NCBI GenBank assembly: GCA_965201155.1
Contig: OZ241752.1
Coordinates: 719,047 to 783,046 of the forward strand
Direction of reading: 5' to 3'
DNA: 64,000 nt
Origin: Alphaproteobacteria bacterium
GTDB taxonomy: Bacteria; Pseudomonadota; Alphaproteobacteria; UBA7887
Shown: positions 1 through 8,924 of the stretch, piece after piece
How positions within the stretch are numbered: position 1 is the first letter of the stretch
Layout: each line of letters opens with the position of its first letter
Program-made: the position numbers and the translations under genes
The notes under the pieces: generated by a model
Told to the model about the DNA's origin: nothing
Databases searched by the model: none
What the model saw: the letters and a program-made list of their open reading frames with translations, nothing else

Positions 1-515
1 ACGCCCTGGCCATGATATTTGCCCTTGACCAACGCGCCCTCATAGCGCTTGCCGTCCGGCGAGGTCAGCGTGCCGGTGCCGGTGACGGCATCTTGCTGAA
101 ATTCCCCCACATAGACACGGCCGTTGGCGTAGGCGAGTTCGCCCATGCCGTGCATGCGCCCGTCACGAAACTCTCCTTCATAGATGCTGCCGCTGGCAAA
201 ACGCCGCACGCCCACGCCGTGAAACTTGCCGGCAAGAAACGCGCCTTCATAGCGACCGCCATCAGGAAAGGTGAGAGCGCCGGCGCCGGTGATCACATTG
301 TCACGGAATTCGCCTTCATAGATGCTGCCATCGGCATAGGTGAGCTTGCCCTCGCCGTGCATGCGGCCATTGTCCAACGCGCCTTCATAGAGGCTGCCGG
401 AAGGGAAGGCGATCGAGCCGTGCGTCAGCGCATCGCCGGCGGGTGGCTCCTGGCCGGAGGCGGGCAGCGCCGCCAGCAGCGCCGCAGCGCACACCGCGAG
501 GAACATTCGGGACAT
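1..515 (-). CDS. MORN-repeat protein with an N-terminal signal peptide. The start codon is at 515 and the 3' end runs off the window start.
   Basis: The reverse-strand translation beginning MSRMFLAVCAAALLAALPASG has a hydrophobic signal peptide. It is followed by repeated YEGxxxxGxxHGxGxxxxxxGxxYxGEF MORN-type units. The + strand ORF 12..623 is its antisense shadow. Confidence 0.6.
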   Translation of the reverse strand, partial: MSRMFLAVCAAALLAALPASGQEPPAGDALTHGSIAFPSGSLYEGALDNGRMHGEGKLTYADGSIYEGEFRDNVITGAGALTFPDGGRYEGAFLAGKFHGVGVRRFASGSIYEGEFRDGRMHGMGELAYANGRVYVGEFQQDAVTGTGTLTSPDGKRYEGALVKGKYHGQG

Positions 516-754
516 TGCAACGACTCCTGCCAAAAGTTGACGAACGCGAGAGCCGGCGGGCACGGCCGCCGCGCCGGCAAGGGAGCGGTCGCGACGCCGA
601 ACAGGATATTGCCAAGGCATTGAACAGGGAAATCTCGCAATTCGCCTTATGTGCCGTTATAGGCAGAGGCATGACACGCCCGCATCAGCCACCCGCTGCA
701 TAAGTCGCCGATGCGGCCCCTTCAAGGAAAAAATGCGCCTGCGCAGGAGCAGTC

Positions 755-1291
755 ATGTCACTGGAAAGCCTGATCCGCATCGTGCCCCACCATCCCCGGC
801 CGGGAATCATGTTTCGCGATATTACAACCTTGCTGGCGGACGCGGACGGCTTTGCCGCGGCCATCGAAGCCATGGCCGAGCGCCATGGACGCGGCGCGAA
901 CGGACCCATCGACAAGATCGCCGCCGTCGAGGCGCGGGGGTTCATCATCGGCGCGCCGCTTGCCTGCCGCATGGGCGTCGGATTCGTACCGGTGCGGAAA
1001 AAAGGCAAGCTGCCGGCGGCGACTCTCAGCCGCGACTACCAACTGGAATACGGCTCGGACACGATCGAAATCCACGCTGACGCGATCATGGCGGGAGAGC
1101 GCGTGCTGCTGGTGGACGATCTGCTGGCCACCGGTGGGACGGCCGCAGCGACGGCAGCGCTGATCGAACAGGCGGGCGGGGTTGTCGCAGCGTGCAGTTT
1201 TCTGGTGGACCTGCCCGATGTGGGCGGGCGGGCGCTGCTCGAAGGGAAGGGATATACCGTTCACGCACTGTGTACATTTACCGGGGAATGA
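755..1291 (+). CDS. apt: adenine phosphoribosyltransferase
   Basis: 178 aa with the PRPP-binding motif VLLVDDLLATGGT, typical of type I phosphoribosyltransferases of Apt size. Confidence 0.9.
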   Translation: MSLESLIRIVPHHPRPGIMFRDITTLLADADGFAAAIEAMAERHGRGANGPIDKIAAVEARGFIIGAPLACRMGVGFVPVRKKGKLPAATLSRDYQLEYGSDTIEIHADAIMAGERVLLVDDLLATGGTAAATAALIEQAGGVVAACSFLVDLPDVGGRALLEGKGYTVHALCTFTGE

Positions 1292-1316
1292 CGGCGCGGC
1301 AGCGCTCCCTGCAAGG

Positions 1317-2018
1317 TCAGGCGGGGGCGGCGACCTCCAGCGCGTAACCGGCCGAGCGGACGGTGCGGATGATGTCCGACGCGCCGTCAATGTTGACGGC
1401 CTTGCGCAGGCGGCGGATATGCACGTCAACGGTGCGCGGCTCGATACAGATTTCGCGGCCCCACACCGCGTCGAGCAGTTGTTCGCGGCTGAAGACCCGC
1501 GAGGGGTGTTCGAGAAAATGTCTGAGCAGGCGGAATTCGGTGGGGCCCAGATGCACAAGGCGCCCGCCGCGATAGACGCGGAACGTATCCAGGTCCATGG
1601 CAATATCTGCATGTTCAAGGCGCCTGCTTTGCAGCGCCGGGCGAGTCCGGCGCAGCACGGCCCGCACCCGCGCGATGAGTTCACGGGGTGAAAACGGCTT
1701 CGGCACATAGTCGTCGGCGCCGCTGTCGAGGCCGCGCACACGGTCTTCCTCTTCGGTTCGTGCGGTGAGCATGATGATCGGCACCGACCTCGTGTCAGGG
1801 GACCGGCGCAGGCTGCGGCACACCTCGAGGCCGGAGACGGACGGGAGCATCCAGTCGAGGACGACAAGGTCCGGCTTCGCTTCGCGGACCATTTGCAGGG
1901 CGGCTTCGCCGTCATGCGCCTCCCTGACGAGGAACCCGTCACGCTCAAGGTTATAGCGCAGCATTGTCGCTATGCCCTTTTCGTCCTCGACAAGGAGGAT
2001 GGAGGGTTGAACTCTCAC
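1317..2018 (-). CDS. phoB: phosphate regulon response regulator PhoB (OmpR family)
   Basis: N-terminal receiver domain (LLVEDE...D...K) and C-terminal winged-helix domain. Position immediately downstream of phoU and pstB. Confidence 0.9.
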   Translation of the reverse strand: MRVQPSILLVEDEKGIATMLRYNLERDGFLVREAHDGEAALQMVREAKPDLVVLDWMLPSVSGLEVCRSLRRSPDTRSVPIIMLTARTEEEDRVRGLDSGADDYVPKPFSPRELIARVRAVLRRTRPALQSRRLEHADIAMDLDTFRVYRGGRLVHLGPTEFRLLRHFLEHPSRVFSREQLLDAVWGREICIEPRTVDVHIRRLRKAVNIDGASDIIRTVRSAGYALEVAAPA

Positions 2019-2746
2019 CGGGTTGCCCTTTCGTTTCCGTCATCGCCGGCGAAGGTCGCCGTATTGTCGGATTTCGGACGCTCGCCGATATTGCGCTCGC
2101 CCGTTTCGCGGAACCTGATGACCTCGGAGATATTGGTTGCGTGGTCGGCGATCCGCTCAAGGTTCTTCGCGGCAAAAAGCAGATGGGTGCACGGCGTAAT
2201 ATTGCGCGGGTCTTCCATCATGTAGGTCAATAGCTGGCGGAACAATCCGTTGTAGATTTCGTCCACCTCCTGGTCGCTTCGCCATACACGAACCGCCTTT
2301 TCAACATCCTGCTCGATATAGGCGTCGAGGACTTCCTTCACCATGGTCTGGACGCGCGCCGCCATGTTCGGAATGACCCACAACGATTCGAGTTCCCGGG
2401 TTTGCGCCAGGGCGATGGAACGCTTGGCGATATTGGCAGCAAGGTCGCCCATGCGCTCGAGGTCGCCGGAGACGCGCAGCGCCCCCATGATGCCGCGCAG
2501 GTCGACCGCCATCGGTTGGCGCAAGGCGATCATGCGCATGGCGAGGCGCTCCACCTCGTGCTCCAGCGAGTCTATGGCGGCGTCACCGGCAACCACCTGG
2601 CGTCCGGCTTCGCTGTCGCGCGCGACCATGGCGCGGGTCGCGGCGGCGATCTGGTTTTCCACCATGCCGCCCATTTGCAGGACAAGGTTCGTGAGTTGCG
2701 CCAGTTCGTCGTCGTATGACTGAACCGTGTGGTCAGCCTCTATCAT
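2015..2746 (-). CDS. phoU: phosphate signalling complex protein PhoU
   Basis: 243 aa with the duplicated PhoU helical-repeat signature (ERIGD, ERMGD). Located between pstB and phoB. Confidence 0.9.
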   Translation of the reverse strand: MIEADHTVQSYDDELAQLTNLVLQMGGMVENQIAAATRAMVARDSEAGRQVVAGDAAIDSLEHEVERLAMRMIALRQPMAVDLRGIMGALRVSGDLERMGDLAANIAKRSIALAQTRELESLWVIPNMAARVQTMVKEVLDAYIEQDVEKAVRVWRSDQEVDEIYNGLFRQLLTYMMEDPRNITPCTHLLFAAKNLERIADHATNISEVIRFRETGERNIGERPKSDNTATFAGDDGNERATR

Positions 2747-2776
2747 GCGCTCGCCCTCCCCCGTTTGCCGCCGGCG

Positions 2777-3601
2777 CTAGCCGAAGCGACCGGTGATGTA
2801 GTCCTGCGTTCGCTGTTGTCCGGGATTGGTGAAAATCAACTCGGTATCGTCAAATTCCACGAGCTCGCCAAGATGAAAAAACGCTGTGCGCTGGGACACG
2901 CGAGCCGCCTGCTGCATGTTATGGGTGACGATGACAATGGTGTAATGCGACCGCAGATCGTCGATCAGCTCCTCGATCCTGGCGGTGGCGATGGGGTCGA
3001 GCGCCGAGCAGGGTTCGTCCATCAGAATCACTTCCGGATTGATGGCGATGGCGCGCGCGATGCAGAGGCGCTGTTGCTGGCCGCCGGAAATGCCGGTGCC
3101 AGGCTGGTGCAGGCGGTCGCTGACTTCCTCCCACAAGCCGGCGCGGCGCAGGCTGGTCTCGACAATTTCATCCATTTCAGCACGGGTGGGGGCGAGACCG
3201 TGAATACGCGGTCCGTAGGCGATGTTTTCGTAGATCGACTTGGGAAACGGGTTCGGCTTCTGAAATACCATGCCGACACGCGTGCGAAGCTGCACCACGT
3301 CAACGCTGCGCGCGTAGATGTCGGCCCCGTCGAGCAGGATGTCGCCGGTCACGCGGCACGCTGCAATGGTGTCGTTCATGCGGTTGATGCAGCGAAGAAA
3401 GGTGGATTTGCCGCAGCCCGAAGGGCCGATGAATGCCGTGACTTCGTTTTCGGCGATGTCGATGGCGACGCCCTTGATCGCATGCGTTTCGCCGTAGAAG
3501 ACATCGACATTCCGGGCGGTGATCTTGGCGCGCGATTGCGGGCGGCCATTGCGCGATACGGTCATCTCTACCATCGCCGTTCGAATTTTCTGCGCAGCCA
3601 T
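2777..3601 (-). CDS. pstB: phosphate ABC transporter ATP-binding protein PstB
   Basis: Walker [10 protein letters not shown], signature LSGGQQQR and Walker B ILMDEP. Carries the PstB-type N-terminal extension. Confidence 0.95.
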   Translation of the reverse strand: MAAQKIRTAMVEMTVSRNGRPQSRAKITARNVDVFYGETHAIKGVAIDIAENEVTAFIGPSGCGKSTFLRCINRMNDTIAACRVTGDILLDGADIYARSVDVVQLRTRVGMVFQKPNPFPKSIYENIAYGPRIHGLAPTRAEMDEIVETSLRRAGLWEEVSDRLHQPGTGISGGQQQRLCIARAIAINPEVILMDEPCSALDPIATARIEELIDDLRSHYTIVIVTHNMQQAARVSQRTAFFHLGELVEFDDTELIFTNPGQQRTQDYITGRFG

Positions 3602-4881
3602 ACGGCCGTCGCGTTCATGCAGATGAGGAAGCCGAGAAGCACCATGATCGCGGCAGCAGTGCGTTCGGCAAACGCGCGTTCGGGGCTGTCGGCCCAGATG
3701 AAGATTTGCACCGGCAACACGGTGGCCGAGTCGAGGGGGCCGGACGGCACATCGGCGATGAAAGCGACCATGCCAATCATCAACAGCGGCGCGGTTTCGC
3801 CAAGCGCCTGCGCCGCACCGATGATGGAGCCGGTGAGCACGCCCGGCAAGGCCAGCGGCATGACATGGTGCATGACAACCTGCATGTGCGAGGCGCCCAC
3901 GCCAAGCGCGGCCTCGCGGATCGACGGCGGCACAGCCTGCAAGGCGGCGCGCGTGGCGATGATGACGGTCGGCAAGGTCATCAACGCCAGCACCATGCCG
4001 CCGACAAGCGGCGCGGAGCGCGGCATGCCGAAGAAATTGAGGAAGACCGCGAGGCCCAGCAGCCCGAACACAATGGACGGAACGGCCGCCAGATTGTTGA
4101 TGTTGACCTCGATCAGGTCGGTCCAGCGGCTCTTGGGGGCAAATTCCTCAAGATATATGGAGGCGAGTACGCCCACCGGGACGCTGATGAGAAGGCAGAT
4201 CAACAGTGTCCAGAACGACCCGACGGCGGCGCCCCGGATTCCCGCAAGCTCCGGCTCGCGCGAATCGGCGGCGGTGAAAAAGCGCGTGTTGAAGCGTTTT
4301 TTCACGCGGCCCTCGGCCGCCAGCGCATCGATCCAGCCAAGCTGGCTGTCGCTGACCGGGCGCAGGCGCTCCTCGATTTCGCGGGAGAACCGCCCCTTGA
4401 TCAACATGTCCACATCGTCGGAGGCGAGCAGCACCACCTCCTGCCGCGCGCCGATGAGAGACGGGTCCGCCAGTACCATGTCGCGCAGCAACAGGTCATT
4501 GCCGGAACTCATGATGCGGGACAGCGCGCGCCGGTCGCGCCGGGACTGTACTTCGGGGAAGCGCTCATAGAGCGCGCCGTGCACCAGGGCGGTGAAATTG
4601 GCGCGGCGGATAACGGCCGGATCGCCGCTGCCGGCGGGGTCGATCACCGCGGCCTCGAAAGTGATGGGCAGGGTGATGGTGGTCTGTTGAAACGCAGACC
4701 AGCCCTTGAGGACGATGCTGCCGAGCAGTGTCGCGAGAATCGCGAGGGCAAGGATGATGGCCAGCACGCCGACGGCGCGAAACCGGCGTTCCGAAGCGTG
4801 CCGCCGGCGCAGGCGTGCATCTTCGGAAATGCGGGACTCATTGCCGGCCGTATGACCGGTCGGTTGGACGAGGTCAGCCAT
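3568..4881 (-). CDS. pstA: phosphate ABC transporter permease PstA
   Basis: Polytopic membrane protein. Position between pstC and pstB. Confidence 0.9.
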   Translation of the reverse strand: MADLVQPTGHTAGNESRISEDARLRRRHASERRFRAVGVLAIILALAILATLLGSIVLKGWSAFQQTTITLPITFEAAVIDPAGSGDPAVIRRANFTALVHGALYERFPEVQSRRDRRALSRIMSSGNDLLLRDMVLADPSLIGARQEVVLLASDDVDMLIKGRFSREIEERLRPVSDSQLGWIDALAAEGRVKKRFNTRFFTAADSREPELAGIRGAAVGSFWTLLICLLISVPVGVLASIYLEEFAPKSRWTDLIEVNINNLAAVPSIVFGLLGLAVFLNFFGMPRSAPLVGGMVLALMTLPTVIIATRAALQAVPPSIREAALGVGASHMQVVMHHVMPLALPGVLTGSIIGAAQALGETAPLLMIGMVAFIADVPSGPLDSATVLPVQIFIWADSPERAFAERTAAAIMVLLGFLICMNATAVWLRRKFERRW

Positions 4882-4925
4882 GGCGAGTCACCGGCAGGCG
4901 GGCGCGCATGGCGATGGAACGGGTG

Positions 4926-6308
4926 TCATTCATAGACCTCGCGGTAGCGCCGCACCACGCGCAGCGCGATGACATTGAGCGTGAGGGTAACCAGAAACAG
5001 GGTGAGACCGAGCGCGAAGGCGGCGAGCGTCTTGGCGCTGTCGAACTCCTGGTCGCCGACGAGCAGCGTGACGATCTGCACCGTCACCGTGGTCACCGCC
5101 TCCATGGGGTTTGCGGTGAGGTTGGCGGCAAGGCCGGCGGCCATGACGACGATCATGGTTTCGCCGATCGCACGCGACACCGCCAGCAGGATGGCGGCGA
5201 CGACCCCCGGCAGGGCGGCGGTCAACACGATGCGGCGGATGGTTTCGGAGTGCGTGGCGCCCAGCGCGTAGGAGCCGTCGCGCAGGGTTTGCGGCACGGC
5301 GTTGATCACATCGTCCGACAGCGAAGAGATGAAGGGGATGATCATGAATCCCATAACCATGCCGGCGGCCAGGGCGCTTTCCGAATCCACCGACAGCCCC
5401 AACGCCTCGCCGCCCTGGCGCAGCAGCGGCGCCACGGTGAGGGCGGCGAAAAAGCCATAAACGACGGTGGGGACGCCGGCGAGAATCTCAAGCAAGGGCT
5501 TTACTACGGCGCGCAGGCGCGCATCCGCGTATTCCGACAGATACACCGCGGACATGAGGCCGATGGGGACAGCGACAAGCATGGCGATGAACGTGACAAG
5601 CAAGGTGCCAGCAAACAGCGGCACGGCGCCGAACGCCCCCGAAGCGCCGACCTGGTCGCTGCGGATGGCGGTTTGCGGGCTCCATTTCAGGCCGAACAGG
5701 AATTCGTCGACGGGCACTTTGGCGAAAAAGCGTATCGACTCGAAGGTGAGAGAGAGAACGATGCCGAGGGTGGTGAGAATGGCGATCGTCGAGCAGGCGA
5801 CAAGCGTGATGCGCATCACGCGTTCCACGCGGTCACGCGCGCGGAGCCGCGGTGTGATTTTTTTCTGCGCGTACAGCAGGCCGAGAATGGCGGCGGCGAT
5901 GGCGGCGACCGCCAGCGCCATGGCGCCGATGGTCCGGTACTGGTTGAGTTGTTCGGCGGCGGCCAGGATTTCGGGACTGCTGTTGACGCTGAAGGCGCTG
6001 CCTGCCGCCGCATTGCGGATGTCGTTCATCAGCAGGCCGAACTTGTCGGCCGACAGCGCCTGCATCTCGGGCGGTAGACTGGCGCCGATCACTGCTTCCA
6101 CGATCACCGGCTGGGCGATGAGCCAAGCAGAAGCGATGATCAGACTCGGCAGGCCGCACCAAAGCGCGACATAGCTGCCGTAATAGACGGGAAGCGCCTG
6201 CAGGCGGTGCAATTGCCCACCCACCGCCGCCGCGGATTCGCGGCGGCCAGTGACGTAGCCGATCATCACAAGGGCCAGCACGGCCCCGATCATGACGGTG
6301 AGCGGCAT
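4926..6308 (-). CDS. pstC: phosphate ABC transporter permease PstC
   Basis: Polytopic permease with an EAA-like loop. Position between pstS and pstA. Confidence 0.9.
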   Translation of the reverse strand: MPLTVMIGAVLALVMIGYVTGRRESAAAVGGQLHRLQALPVYYGSYVALWCGLPSLIIASAWLIAQPVIVEAVIGASLPPEMQALSADKFGLLMNDIRNAAAGSAFSVNSSPEILAAAEQLNQYRTIGAMALAVAAIAAAILGLLYAQKKITPRLRARDRVERVMRITLVACSTIAILTTLGIVLSLTFESIRFFAKVPVDEFLFGLKWSPQTAIRSDQVGASGAFGAVPLFAGTLLVTFIAMLVAVPIGLMSAVYLSEYADARLRAVVKPLLEILAGVPTVVYGFFAALTVAPLLRQGGEALGLSVDSESALAAGMVMGFMIIPFISSLSDDVINAVPQTLRDGSYALGATHSETIRRIVLTAALPGVVAAILLAVSRAIGETMIVVMAAGLAANLTANPMEAVTTVTVQIVTLLVGDQEFDSAKTLAAFALGLTLFLVTLTLNVIALRVVRRYREVYE

Positions 6309-6344
6309 GGCGCCGGCGTCTCGCGGTGCAGGTGCGCGGAGCGC

Positions 6345-7400
6345 CTACATTGCCAGCGGCGCGAGATCGAGCGCGGCGGCGCGAACGGCAGCGCGCTCTG
6401 CATCCGGGAGAGGAATCAACCCCTTGTCGGCAAGGTAGCCTTCCGGCCCCCAGGCGTTTTCACTCGTGAACTCATCGACAAACTCCACCATGCCGGGGAT
6501 GACGCCGGCATGGGCGTTCTTGACATAGAGATACAGCGAGCGGGAAACCGGGTAGTCGGTATCGGAGATCGATTCGAAGGTGGGTTCGACGCCGTCGATC
6601 AGGCTGCCCTGGACGTTGTCGGCGCTCTGGTCGAGGAAACTGAAACCAAACACGCCGAACGCGGCCGGATTGGCAATGAGTTTCTGAACGATGAGGACAT
6701 CGTTCTCGCCGGCCTCGACATACGCGCCGTCTTCCCGGACGGCGTGGCAGACCGCCTTGTAGCGATTCTTGTTCTCGCCCCTCAGCGCCTTGAGCGCGGG
6801 GAAGGCCTTGCAGCCGCCTTCCAGCGCCAGTTCGGCGAAGGCGTCGCGCGTGCCGGAAGTCGGCGGCGGGCCGAGAACCTCGATCTCGGTATCGGGGAGC
6901 GACGGGTCGATCTCGCTCCAGCGGTTATAGGGATTGGGGATCAGTTCCGAACCGTCGTCATTGGCGGGAACATCCTTGGCGAGGGCGAGAAACAACTGGC
7001 GCAGGGTGAGTTCAGCCTGCGGGGCGGAGCGGGAATTGGCGATGACAACGCCGTCAAAACCGATCTTCACTTCGGTGATCTCGGCAACGCCGTTGGCGGC
7101 GCAGAGATCGACTTCCGACTGCTTGATGCGCCGCGAAGCGTTGGTCATGTCGGGGTGGCCAATGCCGAGACCGGAGCAGAAAAGTTTCAGTCCGCCGCCG
7201 GAACCTGTGCTTTCAACCACCGGGGTCCGGAAGTCGGTGACCTTTCCGAATTGTTCGGCAACGGCGGTGGAAAACGGGAACACAGTCGAGGATCCGACGA
7301 TGCGAATCTGGTCGCGAGCTGCGGCCGCGGCGGAAACCGCAAGCGCCGCCAGGCCGACCGCCGCAAAGGCTTTCAGTTTCACGGGTGACTCTCCTGTCAA
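6345..7400 (-). CDS. pstS: phosphate ABC transporter substrate-binding protein PstS
   Basis: Signal peptide (KLKAFAAVGLAALAVSAAAAA) followed by a PBP domain with the TSGSGGG phosphate-binding loop. Confidence 0.9.
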   Translation of the reverse strand: MTGESPVKLKAFAAVGLAALAVSAAAAARDQIRIVGSSTVFPFSTAVAEQFGKVTDFRTPVVESTGSGGGLKLFCSGLGIGHPDMTNASRRIKQSEVDLCAANGVAEITEVKIGFDGVVIANSRSAPQAELTLRQLFLALAKDVPANDDGSELIPNPYNRWSEIDPSLPDTEIEVLGPPPTSGTRDAFAELALEGGCKAFPALKALRGENKNRYKAVCHAVREDGAYVEAGENDVLIVQKLIANPAAFGVFGFSFLDQSADNVQGSLIDGVEPTFESISDTDYPVSRSLYLYVKNAHAGVIPGMVEFVDEFTSENAWGPEGYLADKGLIPLPDAERAAVRAAALDLAPLAM

Positions 7401-7469
7401 ACGGAGCGTGAGACGAATATCCGCCGTCTACGCCCCCCGCAAAAAGATGATATGACGTTTGTATTACGG

Positions 7470-8924
7470 TTATGTGTCCGGGTGCTCCGACGGTGTCGTC
7501 TCCGCCCTGTCGGCGCGTTTCAGGCGAATGCCGAACCGGCTGCCCTCGCCCAGCACGCTGTGCACCTGAAATGCGCCGCGGTGACGCCGGACAATGTGCT
7601 TGACGATGGCGAGGCCGAGGCCGGTGCCGCCAAACTCGCCTGAGCGCGCCTTGTCGACGCGAAAGAAGCGCTCGGTGAGGCGCGGCAGGTATTCGTCGGG
7701 TATTCCGGGTCCGTCATCGCGGACGGACATGGTGACCGTTTCCGATTCGACGGCGGATGAGACAATCACGGCGCCGGATGCGTTGCCGTATTTGATCGCG
7801 TTGTCGATGAGGTTCTGAAACGCCAGCGCCAGTTCATCGGGATCGCCCATTACCGGCGGCAGCGGTTCGTGGAGATCGATCTGCACGCGGACATTGCGCG
7901 ACCGGGCCTGCCAGGCGAGCGCTTCGGCGGCGCGCGCGATCACGGGTTCCAGGTGAACCGTCCCGGTCGGGGCGCTGTGTTCGCTGCTTTCGATTCGCGA
8001 CAGGCTGAGCAGATCATCGACGAGGCGGCCGATGCGCGCGGCATGGTCGTGCATCATGGTGAGGAATTCGCCGCGCATGGCGTCATCGTCGCGGGCCGGT
8101 CCTTGCAGGGTCTCGATCACGCCGAGGAGTGTTGTGAGCGGCGTGCGGATTTCATGGCTGGCATTGGCGACAAAATCCGCGCGCTGGTGCTCGCTGCGCT
8201 TGCCCGCGGTGATGTCGCGGAGCATGAGCACAGCGCGCGCCGCGGAAACGGGTTCCAGGGAGCGGAGTTCGCAGGCATAGATTTTGCTGTCATCCGCGGA
8301 GTCGGCGGTGAATTCGCATTGCGCCGATGCGCTGCCGGAGAGCACCTCGTCAGCAGCGGCAAGCAGGGGCGGGGCGCGAATCACGGTTGCCAAAGCGCGC
8401 CCCTCAAGCTGACTTCCGAACACCTCTTCCGCGCTGCGATTGGCAAACCGGATGGAATGCGCGTTATCAAGCAGAAACAGCGGTTCCGGCAATCGTTCAA
8501 CCATGGCATTCAGCAAGCGGACATGGTCGGCGGCAGCTCCATGGCGCGTGCGCCATTCACGGTCAATGCGAATCAGCGCGGTGGACAAGGGCTGCCCAAA
8601 TCCGGACCCCAGGGATGCCGGCGGCTCCGCTGCCGGGTCGCGGGCGATACGGACGGAATAGGTACGGACAGCAGCGACAGCGGCGGTAACAGGCCATAGC
8701 CCGATGGTCAGGGCAGCCAGGACCAGGAGCCACGACGACGACGCGACGAGCGCCGGCACGGCGCCCAGAACCGCCGCCGCCGCCAGCACGAGGGCGGCGG
8801 GGAGTGATGCAAAAAATGCAACGCGGGCGCAGGGCGTGAGGCGTTCGCGCAGCTCTGCCGCGGCGCGGGTGTTCGGTTGCAGCGAGTCAGGCAGGGGCGC
8901 GCGCCCGATTGCGAATTGCTTCAT
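7470..8924 (-). CDS. phoR: phosphate regulon sensor histidine kinase PhoR
   Basis: Two N-terminal TM helices, a PAS-like region, an H-box (SHEIRTPLT) and HATPase motifs (DDGPGIP, GGTGLGLAIV). The start overlaps the 3' end of maeB by 38 bp, so the true start may be a downstream non-ATG codon. Confidence 0.85.
   Translation of the reverse strand: MKQFAIGRAPLPDSLQPNTRAAAELRERLTPCARVAFFASLPAALVLAAAAVLGAVPALVASSSWLLVLAALTIGLWPVTAAVAAVRTYSVRIARDPAAEPPASLGSGFGQPLSTALIRIDREWRTRHGAAADHVRLLNAMVERLPEPLFLLDNAHSIRFANRSAEEVFGSQLEGRALATVIRAPPLLAAADEVLSGSASAQCEFTADSADDSKIYACELRSLEPVSAARAVLMLRDITAGKRSEHQRADFVANASHEIRTPLTTLLGVIETLQGPARDDDAMRGEFLTMMHDHAARIGRLVDDLLSLSRIESSEHSAPTGTVHLEPVIARAAEALAWQARSRNVRVQIDLHEPLPPVMGDPDELALAFQNLIDNAIKYGNASGAVIVSSAVESETVTMSVRDDGPGIPDEYLPRLTERFFRVDKARSGEFGGTGLGLAIVKHIVRRHRGAFQVHSVLGEGSRFGIRLKRADRAETTPSEHPDT

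Noticed and set aside
12-623. A 203-aa + strand ORF covering the first 600 bp.
   Set aside because: It is the antisense shadow of the minus-strand MORN-repeat gene, which has a signal peptide and coherent repeats. The + translation is low-complexity Ala/Gly/Arg.
2729-7388. Long + strand ORFs (2729..4570, 3706..4935, 4815..6077, 6207..7388) opposite the pst operon.
   Set aside because: These are high-GC antisense frames with Arg/Gly/Ala-rich low-complexity translations. The minus-strand pstS/C/A/B genes have clear motifs.
7401-7469. A possible Pho box between phoR and pstS.
   Set aside because: There are only weak GTCAT-like half-sites and no clear CTGTCAT-N4-CTGTCAT dyad. The 69-bp gap suggests co-transcription with phoR, so it is not called.
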